DNA of 63,051 nt, the filler included, from Octopus bimaculoides (lineage: Eukaryota): the NCBI RefSeq assembly GCF_001194135.2. It is 4 parts of 4 records of this genome, joined end to end, with 100 filler letters (N's around TTAATTAATTAA, not from the genome) between each part and the next. Parts side by side here need not be neighbours in the genome. Positions count along the whole stretch, not along the records: positions 1 to 28,988 come from NC_068985.1; 3 more parts are not named here. One strand, given 5' to 3'. Below, in pieces: positions 1 through 11,693 of the stretch; positions within the stretch are counted from its first letter, which is position 1; each line of letters opens with the position of its first letter. Below the pieces are notes generated by a model that was not told where the DNA came from, made no database searches, and saw nothing but the letters and a program-made list of their open reading frames with translations. The position numbers and the translations under genes were made by a program.

Positions 1-6
1 ATTTAT

Positions 7-571
7 TTACCAAGTTTTAATATCATCTCCTTCGAAATAGTAACCTTGCACAGCAATATACTGGTTCCAGTGTTCCTGCCACTTTTGGAATCCAGCCCGA
101 AAGTTGTTTTCCGTAAGCGAGTTGAGGGCCCTCTGTGTTTCGCTCTGAATCTCGACAACGGTGTGAAAACGGTGGCATTTGATCTGCATTTTCCTTTTGG
201 AGAAGATGTAGGAGTACGTAGGTGCTAAATCTGACGAATAGGGCGGGGGTAGGCACGAAAGCGATGATATTGTTGGTTTGGGCTAGAAACTCACGAGGGA
301 AGAAAGCTTGGCGAAGAATCAAATTCTTTGCGCTCCACAATGCATCAAATTCTTTGCGCTCTGGTGGCTTTCGCCGAATGTCCTCCATCAAACTCTTCAA
401 AACTTCGCAGTAGAACTCTTGGTTGACGGTCTGGCCTTTGCGGACGAATTCTCGATGCACAATATCACATTTCCGGATGTGACACTCGTGGCAGGTCTTC
501 CAGATCGCCCATCGTCTTCCATGGATGTTCTTCAGCTTTTGAAGCGCTGCAGTATGAAATATCCCCAACAA
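7..571 (-). mobile_element. Mariner transposase relic, frameshifted and internally deleted
   Basis: Minus-strand frames give an N-terminal (S)MEDDGRSGRPATSVT segment joined directly to IVHREFVRKGQTVNQEFYCEVLKSLMEDIRRK, and then the C-terminus HRFHTVVEIQSETQRALNSL...FQKWQEHWNQYIAVQGYYFEGD. These are typical mariner segments. Confidence 0.9.
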
Positions 572-630
572 TATGAAATATTCTTTTCTATTCTAGGCAC
601 AAAGCCCGAAATTTGGCGGGGAAGGGGCCT

Positions 631-790
631 GTCGATTAGATCTATCCCAATACGCGACTGGTACTTAATTTATCAACCCCGAAAGGATGAATAGCAAAGT
701 CGACCTCGGCAGAATTTGAACCCAGAACATAAAGACAGACGAAATACCGCTAAGCATTTCGCCCGGTGTGCTCACGTTTCTGCCAGCTCA
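631..790 (-). mobile_element. tRNA-derived SINE, family B
   Basis: Sense strand reads GAGCTGGCAGAAACGTGAGCAC (A-box region), GGGTTCAAATTC (B box), then GTCGACTTTGCTATTCATCCTTTCGGGGTTGATAAATTAAGTACC. Related fragments occur near 33.5 kb and 39.1 kb. Confidence 0.8.
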
Positions 791-801
791 CGCTGTTAAT
801 T

Positions 802-1182
802 CGTAGCACTCCGTCGGTTACGATTACGAGGGTTCCAGTTGATCCGATCACCGGAACAGCCTACTCGCGAAATTAACGTGCAAGTGGCTGAGCACTCCAC
901 AGACACGTGTACGATTAACGTAGTTCTCAGGGAGATTCAGCGTGACACAGAGTGTGAGAAGGCTGGCCCTTTGAAATACAGGTACAACAGAAACAGGAAG
1001 ATTGAGTGAGAGAAATTTGTGGTGAAAGAGTACAGCAGGGTTCACCACCATCCCCTGCCGGAGCCACGTGGAACTTTAGGTGTTTTCGCTCAATAAACAC
1101 TCACAACGCCCGGTCTGGGAAACGAAACTGCGATCCTACGACCGCGAGTCCGCTGCCCTAACCACTGGGCCATTGCGCCTCC
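802..1182 (-). mobile_element. Full-length tRNA-derived SINE, family A, with 12-bp target-site duplication
   Basis: Head GGAGGCGCAATGGCCCAGTGGTTAGGGC (A box) and GTTTCGTTTCC (B-box variant). Direct repeat ACGCTGTTAATT at 790-801 and 1183-1194. Near-identical to the copies at 15.05 kb and 36.2-36.6 kb. Confidence 0.9.
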
Positions 1183-1708
1183 ACGCTGTTAATTATACTT
1201 ACTGTTAATCCTAAATATACAAGGGACTACATTCTCCTTATTGCCTTCATTATTTGAAAGGTACGATATAAATTCAAGAAGATATGACTACTACTCTCCA
1301 CTCTTCATGCGTCTGCTTAAAACATTCACTGGTCTGTAGAATAAGAATTTTGGTTTTAGAAATGAAGATAGAACTGTTAAGCGAGCTATATTTTTCAAAC
1401 TCGTCACTGAAACCTAACGGAACATTCACCATAGTTCTAACGTTACCACTGCTGTTTGCAACGATGAACTTATATGTCATCATGGAAATCCCTGTAAAGC
1501 TTTTAGATGAGAAAAGCATGAACGCTGTATGTTTACTTTTTTTACGTTCTATGAAATTCCTCGATAATTCTTCGCCATTATCAGACAATGATCTCAGATT
1601 ATATCATATAATTTCAATCATATGTTCATCCCCCAACACACAACACGCACAGAATACGATCCTGTCGACAACTCTCCGCCCTTCTACATTTCCCTAACCT
1701 AATTTGAT

Positions 1709-1753
<45 letters not shown>

Positions 1754-1932
1754 TGGAACACCAGCATGGAATTTAGTCGAGTTGAGATCAAGATTGCCCT
1801 GCAAGATTCCAGAAGGTAATGTAATTGGTAGAAGCCACAGTGTGAAGGTACAAAAAGGTCAAAGGTCGTGATGGTGTTTAGAGAGTAAAAGGGTAGTCAT
1901 ATTTGGGCTTTTTTGTTCTTGCTGACGTCATC

Positions 1933-1933
1933 G

Positions 1934-2001
<68 letters not shown>
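1933..2001. repeat. (GTT)n microsatellite
   Basis: Direct inspection; 23 perfect units. Confidence 0.98.
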
Positions 2002-2303
2002 ACTGCTGCTTTTGTTGTTGCTGTTATTAGTGTAGTTGCTATTGCTTTTACTGCTATTTCCGATGTGATTGTTCTTCTTCCTGTTTCTATTTCTGTTGTT
2101 CTTGCTATTTGCTATTGTTATTGTTGTTGTTTTTAATATTGATATTCTTGTTGCTGCTGCTGCTTATTGTTTTACCTGCAGATCATAACAGATCAAAGCC
2201 CTCCAATCGTGCCCATCGTGTCATTTTATATAACAAAGACTACATCATCTGATGTACCCTTCCTTCTTTCTCAGCATTTAGATGAGAAATGTTCTATACA
2301 TAC

Positions 2304-2338
<35 letters not shown>

Positions 2339-2433
2339 CATNNNNNNNNNNNNNNNNNNNNNNNNNNNNNNNNNNNNNNNNNNNNNNNNNNNNNNNNNNN
2401 NNNNNNNNNNNNNNNNNNNNNNNNNNNNNNNNN

Positions 2434-2464
<31 letters not shown>

Positions 2465-2639
2465 TGTATGTATGTATTCCGACTAAAATCGAACGAACAT
2501 TTTGGTCACCCCAACAGTTGTGTCATTTTGGTCTTTTATTACGATATGCAAGTCTCCAAAATATAACATTCGATGTGGCCGATTATTCAGCACGGAGTAT
2601 CTAGCTAAAACTACTCTTCTTTATTCTTAAGCTCTTCAC

Positions 2640-3030
2640 TCCCTCTGGGATGAGTTTTCTCGTCTGTTCTCCACTCTGAACTGTCCTTTTTGCTTCTCAC
2701 CAGTTAATTCCCTGCTTGTTCAGCTCTACCTCAGTATCCCATCTCCAGTCAGATTTTTTCCAGAATGTGTCATGTGTTTTCGTGAGAGAAGGCCTTCCTT
2801 TCCCATGCCTTGGTTTTGAATAGTCATTGATGATTCTGTAATCTGGATGTTTTCTAGTCAGTGGTGTTGGCCTTAGGCAAGCTAACTTTTACTTTTGGAA
2901 AGAAGTAATGTATATTAAGTTGGCCTCTATCTTTTGATCTGTCCAGCATAGGAGGTCCTACCAGGAACGTGTGCTCCTCTAGTATAGCTCCTAGAGTCAT
3001 TGAGGTACACCACTCACCACTCTGCAACGA
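2640..3030 (-). mobile_element. Degenerate RTE-clade LINE relic (5'UTR-like part joined to ORF 3' end)
   Basis: Minus strand 2640-2830 encodes a degraded RTE-like C-terminus (EVELNKQGINW*EAKRTVQS). Minus strand 2850-3030 resembles RTE 5'UTRs (CAATGACTCTAGGAGCTAT...TCCTGGTAGGACCTCCTATGCTGGACAGATCAAAAGATAGAGGCCA); the resemblance is from recall and was not aligned. Confidence 0.55.
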
Positions 3031-3811
3031 TAAATTGACTTTGTAGTAAAAGTATATCCTACGTTGAGTAATAATAGTAGAAATGGGTAGAATCTGCTCA
3101 CACAAATATGTATAAACACACGCATAAATATGTAGTAGGAATATTTGGCACCTCTATAACATCTAGACACCAAGCCTGAATCACTATGACCGATGCTAAA
3201 ACAACTAAGCAACACCAACGTACTTCGTTCAATTATTGATGGCAACATAAGGGAATTGACCACTCTGACATCCTTAAAACAGGATCTCATTAACAATTCC
3301 ATTTTTTGGCACTGTTTTTTTTTTTGAAAGAAATAGCTATAAATAGAACTCCCTCTTGCCACTAGCTAGCAGTAATGGTGCACGATCTTAACCCAAGGGC
3401 TGCGAGCAGTGTAGCCGAAGCATCAAGACCAATTGATAGTGATGGTGACGACAGGGGCAACGACGACACAACTAAACCACCGAGATGCAAGAATCAACAA
3501 ATCATTCCAGTGGAATATATACATATGTGGTTTGACAGTCCATTCGCATTCCTGTCTCATGACGATTGATGGGCTGATATTCCGGAGAAAATACCTTTTC
3601 TGTCGTTCGTAGTATCGATAATATAAAGTTTGTCTACGACAAAAATAAATGTTTTTCCATTTCAAAAGGGAAACTTTGGATTTAGCTTTTTTCCATCGAT
3701 TTCAACTCAACCAAAACATCACACTGGTAACACATGTACAGAAATATTCTTATCGTCACAGACGCACACAAACACATACATACATGCATACACCCCCCAC
3801 ACACACACACA

Positions 3812-3894
3812 CAACGCACTACCAGGTCCAGGAATCGAAACAACGATCTTACTACCGTGAGTGCAAGGCCCTAACCTCTAGGCCACACGCCTTC
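3812..3894 (-). mobile_element. tRNA-derived SINE head fragment
   Basis: Sense GAAGGCGTGTGGCCTAGAGGTTAGGGCC...GTTTCGATTCCTGG contains A- and B-box-like motifs and resembles the head at 42802. Confidence 0.6.
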
Positions 3895-4334
3895 ATCCTT
3901 AGCTGAAAAAAAAAAATGACTGCAAGGCAGATTTGACTGATATTTCTAGCAACCAGGTAGAGTCTCGCCCGCTATTTCGTTTGAGTCGGAGTTAGAAATG
4001 TAGATGATTTTGGGGTAAATGCAGCACGTAAGCCGAAGTGGTTTGTTGATATGAAGATAGTCATGGCTTGATAACCTATTGCCTCCTTCCTATCCAGTTG
4101 AATAAGTTAATAAACATCAAACAATCCATAACATCAGTTGATTCGATATTATTTAACGGAACATTTTCACACTCAAGTAAGTCGTTCATCTAATGAAGGC
4201 GTCTGTTTATCAGAATCTATTTAATTAACACAGCTGAATTTCATACTTTATTAATTCTAGTAAAAGACACCAGACATTATGCTGACGATTTAATTATTTA
4301 TTTTCATTATTTTTATTTATTTATTCATTCATTC

Positions 4335-4410
<76 letters not shown>
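4335..4410. repeat. (ATT)n microsatellite
   Basis: Direct inspection. Confidence 0.98.
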
Positions 4411-4412
<2 letters not shown>

Positions 4413-4729
4413 TTCACAATTTAATAATTATAGCAGTAAAAANNNNNNNNNNGTTATTGTTTAAAGTTGTGTCTTTATTTTTTTTGTTTTTCTTTTCATT
4501 AAAAAGAGATTTTTGTCTTTTGTCATTAGTTTTCTTTCGTGGTAACTGTGTTCTTTTTATCAAATATACAATTTAATTTTCTGCAAAAATTCCCTCTCAA
4601 CTCTTTTCGCCTATTGAGTTAACTTGTATACGATCAATTAGCATCAATATTGATATACAAGTTGTTGTTATTGTTGTTGTTGTTTAGCACCAAGTCAACT
4701 CTGATTAATGATTATTATCCTAATTATAT

Positions 4730-4990
4730 CTTTTACTTGTTCCAGTCATTGGACAGCGGCCATGCTGAGACACCGACTTCAAAGGTTTAGGCAAACAAAT
4801 CGCCCCACTGTACTTATTTTTGCAAAAATCTGGTGATTATTCTGACGCTCTACATTGTCGAACTTCCAAGCCCTGAAGACATAAACAAAGCACCACCGGT
4901 TGTCAAGAATGAGTGGAGGACAAATACTAACACAAAGATACTCACACATATATACATGACAAATGTGTGTGTGTGCGTGTGTGTATGAAA
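4730..4990 (-). mobile_element. SINE family C, 3' half running into CA/TG repeats
   Basis: TACTTGTTCCAGTCATTGGACAGCGGCCATGCTGAGACACCG...CCGGTTGTCAAG matches the 3' half of the complete copy at 40230-40726. Confidence 0.75.
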
Positions 4991-5059
4991 TAATTTATGA
5001 AGTAAACAACAACACACATAATAAATTACTAACTGACAACATAATCAAAACATACAATC

Positions 5060-6135
5060 AAGACTTCTAATTTAATTAACGTAGAAGCAAAAAGAAGAAA
5101 AAAATTAGCTACAAGGCTTAAAATAGCAGATAGAGTAGAAAAGCTTACCCCACGAAATCCTTTTGTAATCCCCAAAAAACCAAAAAGGTAACTTCACGCA
5201 AAAACCTACTTGTAGATTAATAAATCCCACAAAAACTCAAATAAGAATTATTAATAAATCCTTATTTGATAATATCATACGACACATCAGAGCATACTCA
5301 AACCTTATCAATAGAAATGTAGCAGTGTAAACTATTGAACGGTTAAAGAAAATAGAAGATAAATCCAAATGCAAATTTATCCAATTTGACATTGTGGAGT
5401 TTTACCCCTCGATCTCTAAAATCTTGCTTCAAAAGGCACTTGAATTTAGTAAGGCATATGTTACCAAAACAAAAACTGATATAGATATAATCATAAACGC
5501 AAAGACGTCATTACATTTTCATGATAATTTCTATTGGGTAAAAAAAAAGAATTGGGATGAGCTGTTTGATGTGGCAACGGAGAGCTATGATGGTGCAGAA
5601 ATAGCTGACCTTGTAGGACTCTACATACTAGATAGATATCCTTGGAAAAGAAATAAAAGAAACCAACATGAAATTATATAGGATCGATGGCCTGGGAGTG
5701 GTATACAATAAAAACGGACACAATATGTATAGGATAAAAAAAGAATTATGCAAAATGTCTAAGAACCACGATTGGTATCAGCCTTAAAGAAGTCAATTTT
5801 CTAGATATTAACATGAACCTTAGCACAGGCAAATTTAAACCCTACCACAAACCAAATGAGGGAGACTCATACATAGACATAGCATTCAACCACCCACCAA
5901 CTATCATTAACCGATTAGTTAATAACATTAGCAGGCGCGTTTCCTATCTATTTGCTGATAAAGACACTTTTGAAAAGACCGTCCCATACTATAATGCCGC
6001 ATTGGAAAGGTTCAACTTCAAGAATAGTATAAACTACATTGACCCAAATGTAGATAGGCCAAGAAGAGGCAGACGGGAAAATCTTATGGTTTAACCTACC
6101 TTATAGCAGGAATGTAACCGCCAACATAGGAAATT
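5060..6135 (+). mobile_element. Penelope-like element reverse transcriptase fragment (pseudogenised)
   Basis: Frames give KPTCRLINPTK, FIQFDIVEFYPSIS, FDVATESYDGAEIADLVGLYIL, YRxDGL, MNLSTGKFKPYHKPN and NHPPTII...ISRRVS...PYYNAAL. These are characteristic PLE RT and thumb motifs, interrupted by stops and frameshifts. Confidence 0.9.
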
Positions 6136-6136
6136 C

Positions 6137-6662
6137 TTCTAGCGCTGACTTAAGCCGCTCAAACTGCTCGTAGTAGATCTCCTTTGTTATCGTTTGGTTT
6201 GGGTTTAAATTTCAAATTAGACTAAACCTTTTATATCCCACCAAACAGATAACAACACCTTACGTGGATGAAGACCTTTTTTAGCCTGGGGTGCTGGTGT
6301 TTCTCTTTTCCCTACCCACTGTCTTCGGCGCTTGACATATTTATAGTGAACCCACTTCTCGTCACCAGTCACTATTCGGTCCAAAAAAGGTTCATTCGTG
6401 AGACGTGACAGCAAAGAAAAGCACACATTCACTCTCAGCATGTGATTAGACTCAGAAAGTTTGTGAGGAACCCATTGACCCAATTTGCTGACTTTTCCGA
6501 TGGCACGCAGGTGTCGATGAATAGTTGAATGACCAAATCCAAGCTTCTCTTCTAGTTCCTCAATAGTTACGATGGGATTTTGTTCCACCAGGGTTTGCAA
6601 GACATTTCTCGTTGAGCTCTACAGATCTTCGAGGACGAGGCTCATCTTCTAGACTGTCGTTT
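6137..6662 (-). mobile_element. Mariner transposase fragment (Mos1/Hsmar1-like)
   Basis: SLEDEPR, LVEQNP, WVPHKL, FLDRIVTGDEKWV (first catalytic D) and LHPRKVLLSVWWD. The 5' part runs into an N gap. Confidence 0.95.
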
Positions 6663-7044
6663 NNNNNNNNNNNNNNNNNNNNNNNNNNNNNNNNNNNNNN
6701 NNNNNNNNNNNNNNNNNNNNNNNNNNNNNNNNNNNNNNNNNNNNNNNNNNNNNNNNNNNNNNNNNNNNNNNNNNNNNNNNNNNNNNNNNNNNNNNNNNNN
6801 NNNNNNNNNNNNNNNNNNNNNNNNNNNNNNNNNNNNNNNNNNNNNNNNNNNNNNNNNNNNNNNNNNNNNNNNNNNNNNNNNNNNNNNNNNNNNNNNNNNN
6901 NNNNNNNNNNNNNNNNNNNNNNNNNNNNNNNNNNNNNNNNNNNNNNNNNNNNNNNNNNNNNNNNNNTATATATATACATATATACTTTGTGTGTCTATGT
7001 ATGTATACACACACACACAACCGAACACACACACATATATATAT

Positions 7045-8050
7045 GCTGACCTTCAGGAACATTGTGCGCTCTAGGACTAACTTATATTTTGCATTTGCGG
7101 CTCCGTTGGTTGCTAATGAGCCCTGCTCTTGACAAGCATACACGACTGCAAACATTGCTGACCAAGCTTTCCCCCATTCGCTACGCTAGCAGTACGCTTT
7201 CTAGCAACACGCTTAAATCCTTCATGCAGAATACGTGCTCTTTCAGTGGTGTCGATCTTCTCCTTAACTTGCTTCCTCCATCTGTGCCGGTTACAAGCAT
7301 TGCTCTTCCAGTTGATCTCCTGCATATCACACGCCTTTAATGAGGACTTGACACAGTCCTTAAACCGCAGCCTTGGTTTCTGCCGGGTCTCTTTCCACTA
7401 ACAATTTCCCCATGTAGTATCCGTTTAGAGATCCTGCTATCTTGCATTATAATAAGGTGGCTAGTCCAACGTAACCTGTGCTCGTGCACCATCTCCTCAA
7501 TACTCAAGATATCAGCTTTCTTCAGGACCTGTGTGTCTGGAGATTTTAAGGTCTAGCCAACATTGAGAATGTGTCTGAGACATTTCTGATGAAAGCGTCC
7601 AAGGACCTTTACATGACATTTGTAAAGGTTCCATGTCTCACATGAGTAAAGGAGCGATGTCAGTACACATGCACGGTACACAGTAATTTTTGTTTGCCTT
7701 GTGATACCATGCTGGAACCAGACACGAGACTGAAGAGACCGGAAGGAATCACTTGCTCTCTGCAGCCTGAAAGATATTTCATCATCCAAGGAGCAAGAAT
7801 GGCTGAGTGTGCTGCCCAAGTAGACAAACTTGTTACTACTTTTAGTATTGTTCTTTCAACCAAGATAGCTGGTTCCACATATGGATTTTTTGGTGCAGGC
7901 TGGAACATTACGGGCTAATGCTGAGTCCAAATGCCTTGCAAGAAGCAGAAATACGATTCATAAGTATTTATATGTCGCCCACTGTATGAGTGACTAAGTC
8001 ATAGTATCTGTATAAAGGAGGTCACGAATAAGAGACTAGAAAACTTGCGG
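7045..8050 (-). mobile_element. RTE/BovB-type LINE, 3' part of ORF
   Basis: LIRDLLYTD (degenerate YADD region), LMNRISASCKAFGLSIS, GSTLS...DDEISFRLQRAS...TKITVYRACVLTSLLYSCETW...RFHQKCLRHIL, and a terminal degenerate zinc finger CSRVCLSRAGLISNQR. Confidence 0.92.
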
Positions 8051-9144
8051 CGATGAGATGGTAGCAACGCATGCAGACCTGAAAGTTTGGAAGCATGTAG
8101 TCAGCGACCTGCACGTAAGCGGCCCATGCTAGATATAAAGTCGTCTCCTTGTCGCCCAAGACGGCGATAGGATTCGGTTGCTGCATGGGTGTCTGAGCAA
8201 CTCCATTTAGAGAGGGCAATGCTCACCCGGAGGCTGGAGAGTTTCTAGAAAAGGTGAACTAAAATTGCCTGTCTTTCTATACCTGGTCAGTTTAGCGCTA
8301 CTGACGGATATCCACTTAAGGAAAGCACTGGTACAGTGCTGGTTGAACCTTTCTCCCCCCCCCCTCTCTCTCTCACTCTCCATCTGTCATTTCCTGGATA
8401 TTCCGATCAAAAGTTGACGGACCGAGAGGGTGTAAGTGTCTACTCGCGATAACACAGGCACCGAAAGTATTCCGCCCGTAATTTCTTGGATATTCCTCGG
8501 GGGTCAAAGGTTGACGGAACGAGAAATCGTCTATGTTTGCTCGCGATAACATAGCCACCGAAAGTATTTAGCGAAAGCATGGTATATGCTACCGAATCAT
8601 ACCCGCTTGCTAGTGACGGAAATGGTTTCTTTATTGCACACAACAACATTAGGTTCGCGATGCCTGAAAAAAAAAGAACAAAAAGACAGAAAGACGGAAG
8701 GGTCAAAGTTGGGGGACTTTTGATCGTAGGTCTGTTTAGTCAAGGCTATTCTGGTGCTAAACAGCAACAACAAAATCGATCTTGGAAGCAGTTATCCCTA
8801 TTTTTGTCCCATTTTCACCAATTGTTGCTGGATTTGAGAGTAAAACGTCGCCATTGTTGAGAAACCGTTTTTCTTTTGTACTTTATTGTATTTTATTTTT
8901 ATGCATAACTGTTACCACCATGTTTATTTTATGTATTTATTTTGTTAAAAGGTATTTATTTATTTATTTATTTATTTCAATTGAAAATATGAAAATAACC
9001 AGAATCAGCACTGGAAATTGCAACCATCCTAGCCATCATCACTACTTTATCACACATAACAACAACAGCAACAAAATAATAATAATATTGATAATAATAA
9101 TTTTAAACTTAAATAGATATACATATACAAATGAGATAAAGAGT

Positions 9145-9176
<32 letters not shown>

Positions 9177-9603
9177 AGGAGACAGAGAGACAGAGACGGA
9201 CAAAGAGTGTATGAATTGATTCAACTTCCGAAAATTACGCAGTCTGCTTGCTATCTTTTGTCTAATGGCATTGATTTCACTGGTATCATCACGCTTAGGC
9301 AAGGAATGGGTGAGACAGAAAGAGAGAGAGAGAGAGAGAAAGAAAGGGAGATAGGGGGAGGGAGAGAGATAGATTAAAAGCTAAGAGAGAGACGGCTTGG
9401 AAAAGTCAGACAGAGCAAAAAAATAAATAAACAGAAAGAGCGAGAGAGAGAGAGGAAGCAGAGTCTCTTTTGTCAGCCATTTTAACATTAGATGTTAAAA
9501 TGGCTGACAAAAAAAACTAAAATTGTAAAAAGACATAAATCCTTATATAAAAGGTTACATTGATTTCCCTTCTCTCGTTTTATTATTACTTTTGTTTTGT
9601 GTA

Positions 9604-9650
<47 letters not shown>

Positions 9651-9819
9651 CGCAAAGAAAAATAAAACGGTTGATGCAAAAAAAAAAAAAATTAAATAAA
9701 TGAAAATAATAAGAAAAACCTATCCAAACTGACTGACATGGGACTTTTTTGGTAGATGGTTCGGTGTTCTGTGACTGTTTGTTGTTGTTGTTGTTGTTGT
9801 TGCTGACGACGGCGGCGAT

Positions 9820-9924
9820 GATGATGAGAATGATGATGATAGCGTTGATGATGATGATGATGATGACGATGATGATGATGATGATGATGATGATGACGAT
9901 GATGATGATGATGATGATGATGAA

Positions 9925-9958
<34 letters not shown>

Positions 9959-9980
9959 GCGTTGATGATGATGGTGATGA

Positions 9981-10012
<32 letters not shown>

Positions 10013-10021
10013 ATGATAATT

Positions 10022-10056
<35 letters not shown>

Positions 10057-10161
10057 GATAGCGTTGATGATGATGATGATGGTGGTGATGATGATGATGA
10101 TGATGATGATGACGATGATGATGATGATGATGACGATGATGATGATGATGATGATGATGAT
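9820..10161. repeat. (ATG)n interrupted microsatellite ending at an N gap
   Basis: Direct inspection; source of the poly-Met and poly-Ser ORFs. Confidence 0.97.
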
Positions 10162-10698
10162 NNNNNNNNNNNNNNNNNNNNNNNNNNNNNNNNNNNNNNN
10201 NNNNNNNNNNNNNNNNNNNNNNNNNNNNNNNNNNNNNNNNNNNNNNNNNNNNNNNNNNNNNNNNNNNNNNNNNNNNNNNNNNNNNNNNNNNNNNNNNNNN
10301 NNNNNNNNNNNNNNNNNNNNNNNNNNNNNNNNNNNNNNNNNNNNNNNNNNNNNNNNNNNNNNNNNNNNNNNNNNNNNNNNNNNNNNNNNNNNNNNNNNNN
10401 NNNNNNNNNNNNNNNNNNNNNNNNNNNNNNNNNNNNNNNNNNNNNNNNNNNNNNNNNNNNNNAATGGTGGTGGTGGTGGTGGTGGTGGTGGTGGTGGTGG
10501 TGGTAATGGCAGGTAGTGTTAGTAATGTTAGTGAAGTTAGTAATATTGATGGTGTTATTAGTGGTGGTGGTCACGGTGGAGGTTGCAATGGTAGTGATAA
10601 TGATGTAAATGTTCTCCCTATTGTATTTGTTCAGATAACTTCAATATCTATTGATATGTGTGTGTGTGTGTGTGCATGCATGTATGTATGTATGCACG

Positions 10699-10729
<31 letters not shown>

Positions 10730-10915
10730 NNNNNNNNNNTATATGTATGTATGTATGTATATATGCATGCATACACACTATTATATGTATATATGGTGTT
10801 GTTATTATTTGTATATTCTCCCACATTATATATACATATATATATATGCATATACATATATATATACACATACACACATATATGTATGTATGCATGGATG
10901 GATGTATGTATGTAC

Positions 10916-10970
<55 letters not shown>

Positions 10971-11041
10971 TGCATGTATGAATGTATATATACATGCACA
11001 CATGTGTATATGGATATTATATATACATATGTTAAATGTAC

Positions 11042-11128
<87 letters not shown>

Positions 11129-11258
11129 CACACATATATGTATGTATGCATGTATGTAGGTATGTATGTATCCATATCTGTATGTGCGTGTGAATAACAC
11201 ATTTTATACAGATTTATATTCATATATGGACATAGAGAAACGTATATACATACATACA

Positions 11259-11289
<31 letters not shown>

Positions 11290-11498
11290 TTATATATACA
11301 GGCATCCTCCATGATATGGAATGGTTACATTCTTGAAAATCTCACCGCATTGTGGAATTCCGCAACACAAAACGAACTTTAACGCACTCGAATTTCATGT
11401 GACATGGAAAGCAATTGAAATTAGATTCCTCGTTACAGAAATACATTTCATGAGAAGATATTTAAAGTCACAAGTTTTCCGTAAAGCGGATACTAGAA

Positions 11499-11540
<42 letters not shown>

Positions 11541-11615
11541 AAACACACGCACATGTATATTTGCAGATGCATGTATATAGATAAATGTATGTGAATGTAA
11601 ATAAATGCGTATGTT

Positions 11616-11693
<78 letters not shown>

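Noticed and set aside
8301-8342. Hammerhead-like string CTGACGG...GAAA-GCACTG-gta-CAGTGC-TG on the plus strand
   Set aside because: A9 is G, the cleavage-site base is G, and neither helix I nor helix II pairs.
9749-10516. Long Met-rich ORF (and His-rich frames elsewhere) suggestive of reflectin or beak proteins
   Set aside because: It is a translated (ATG)n microsatellite spanning an N gap; no reflectin or His-Gly repeat motifs are present.
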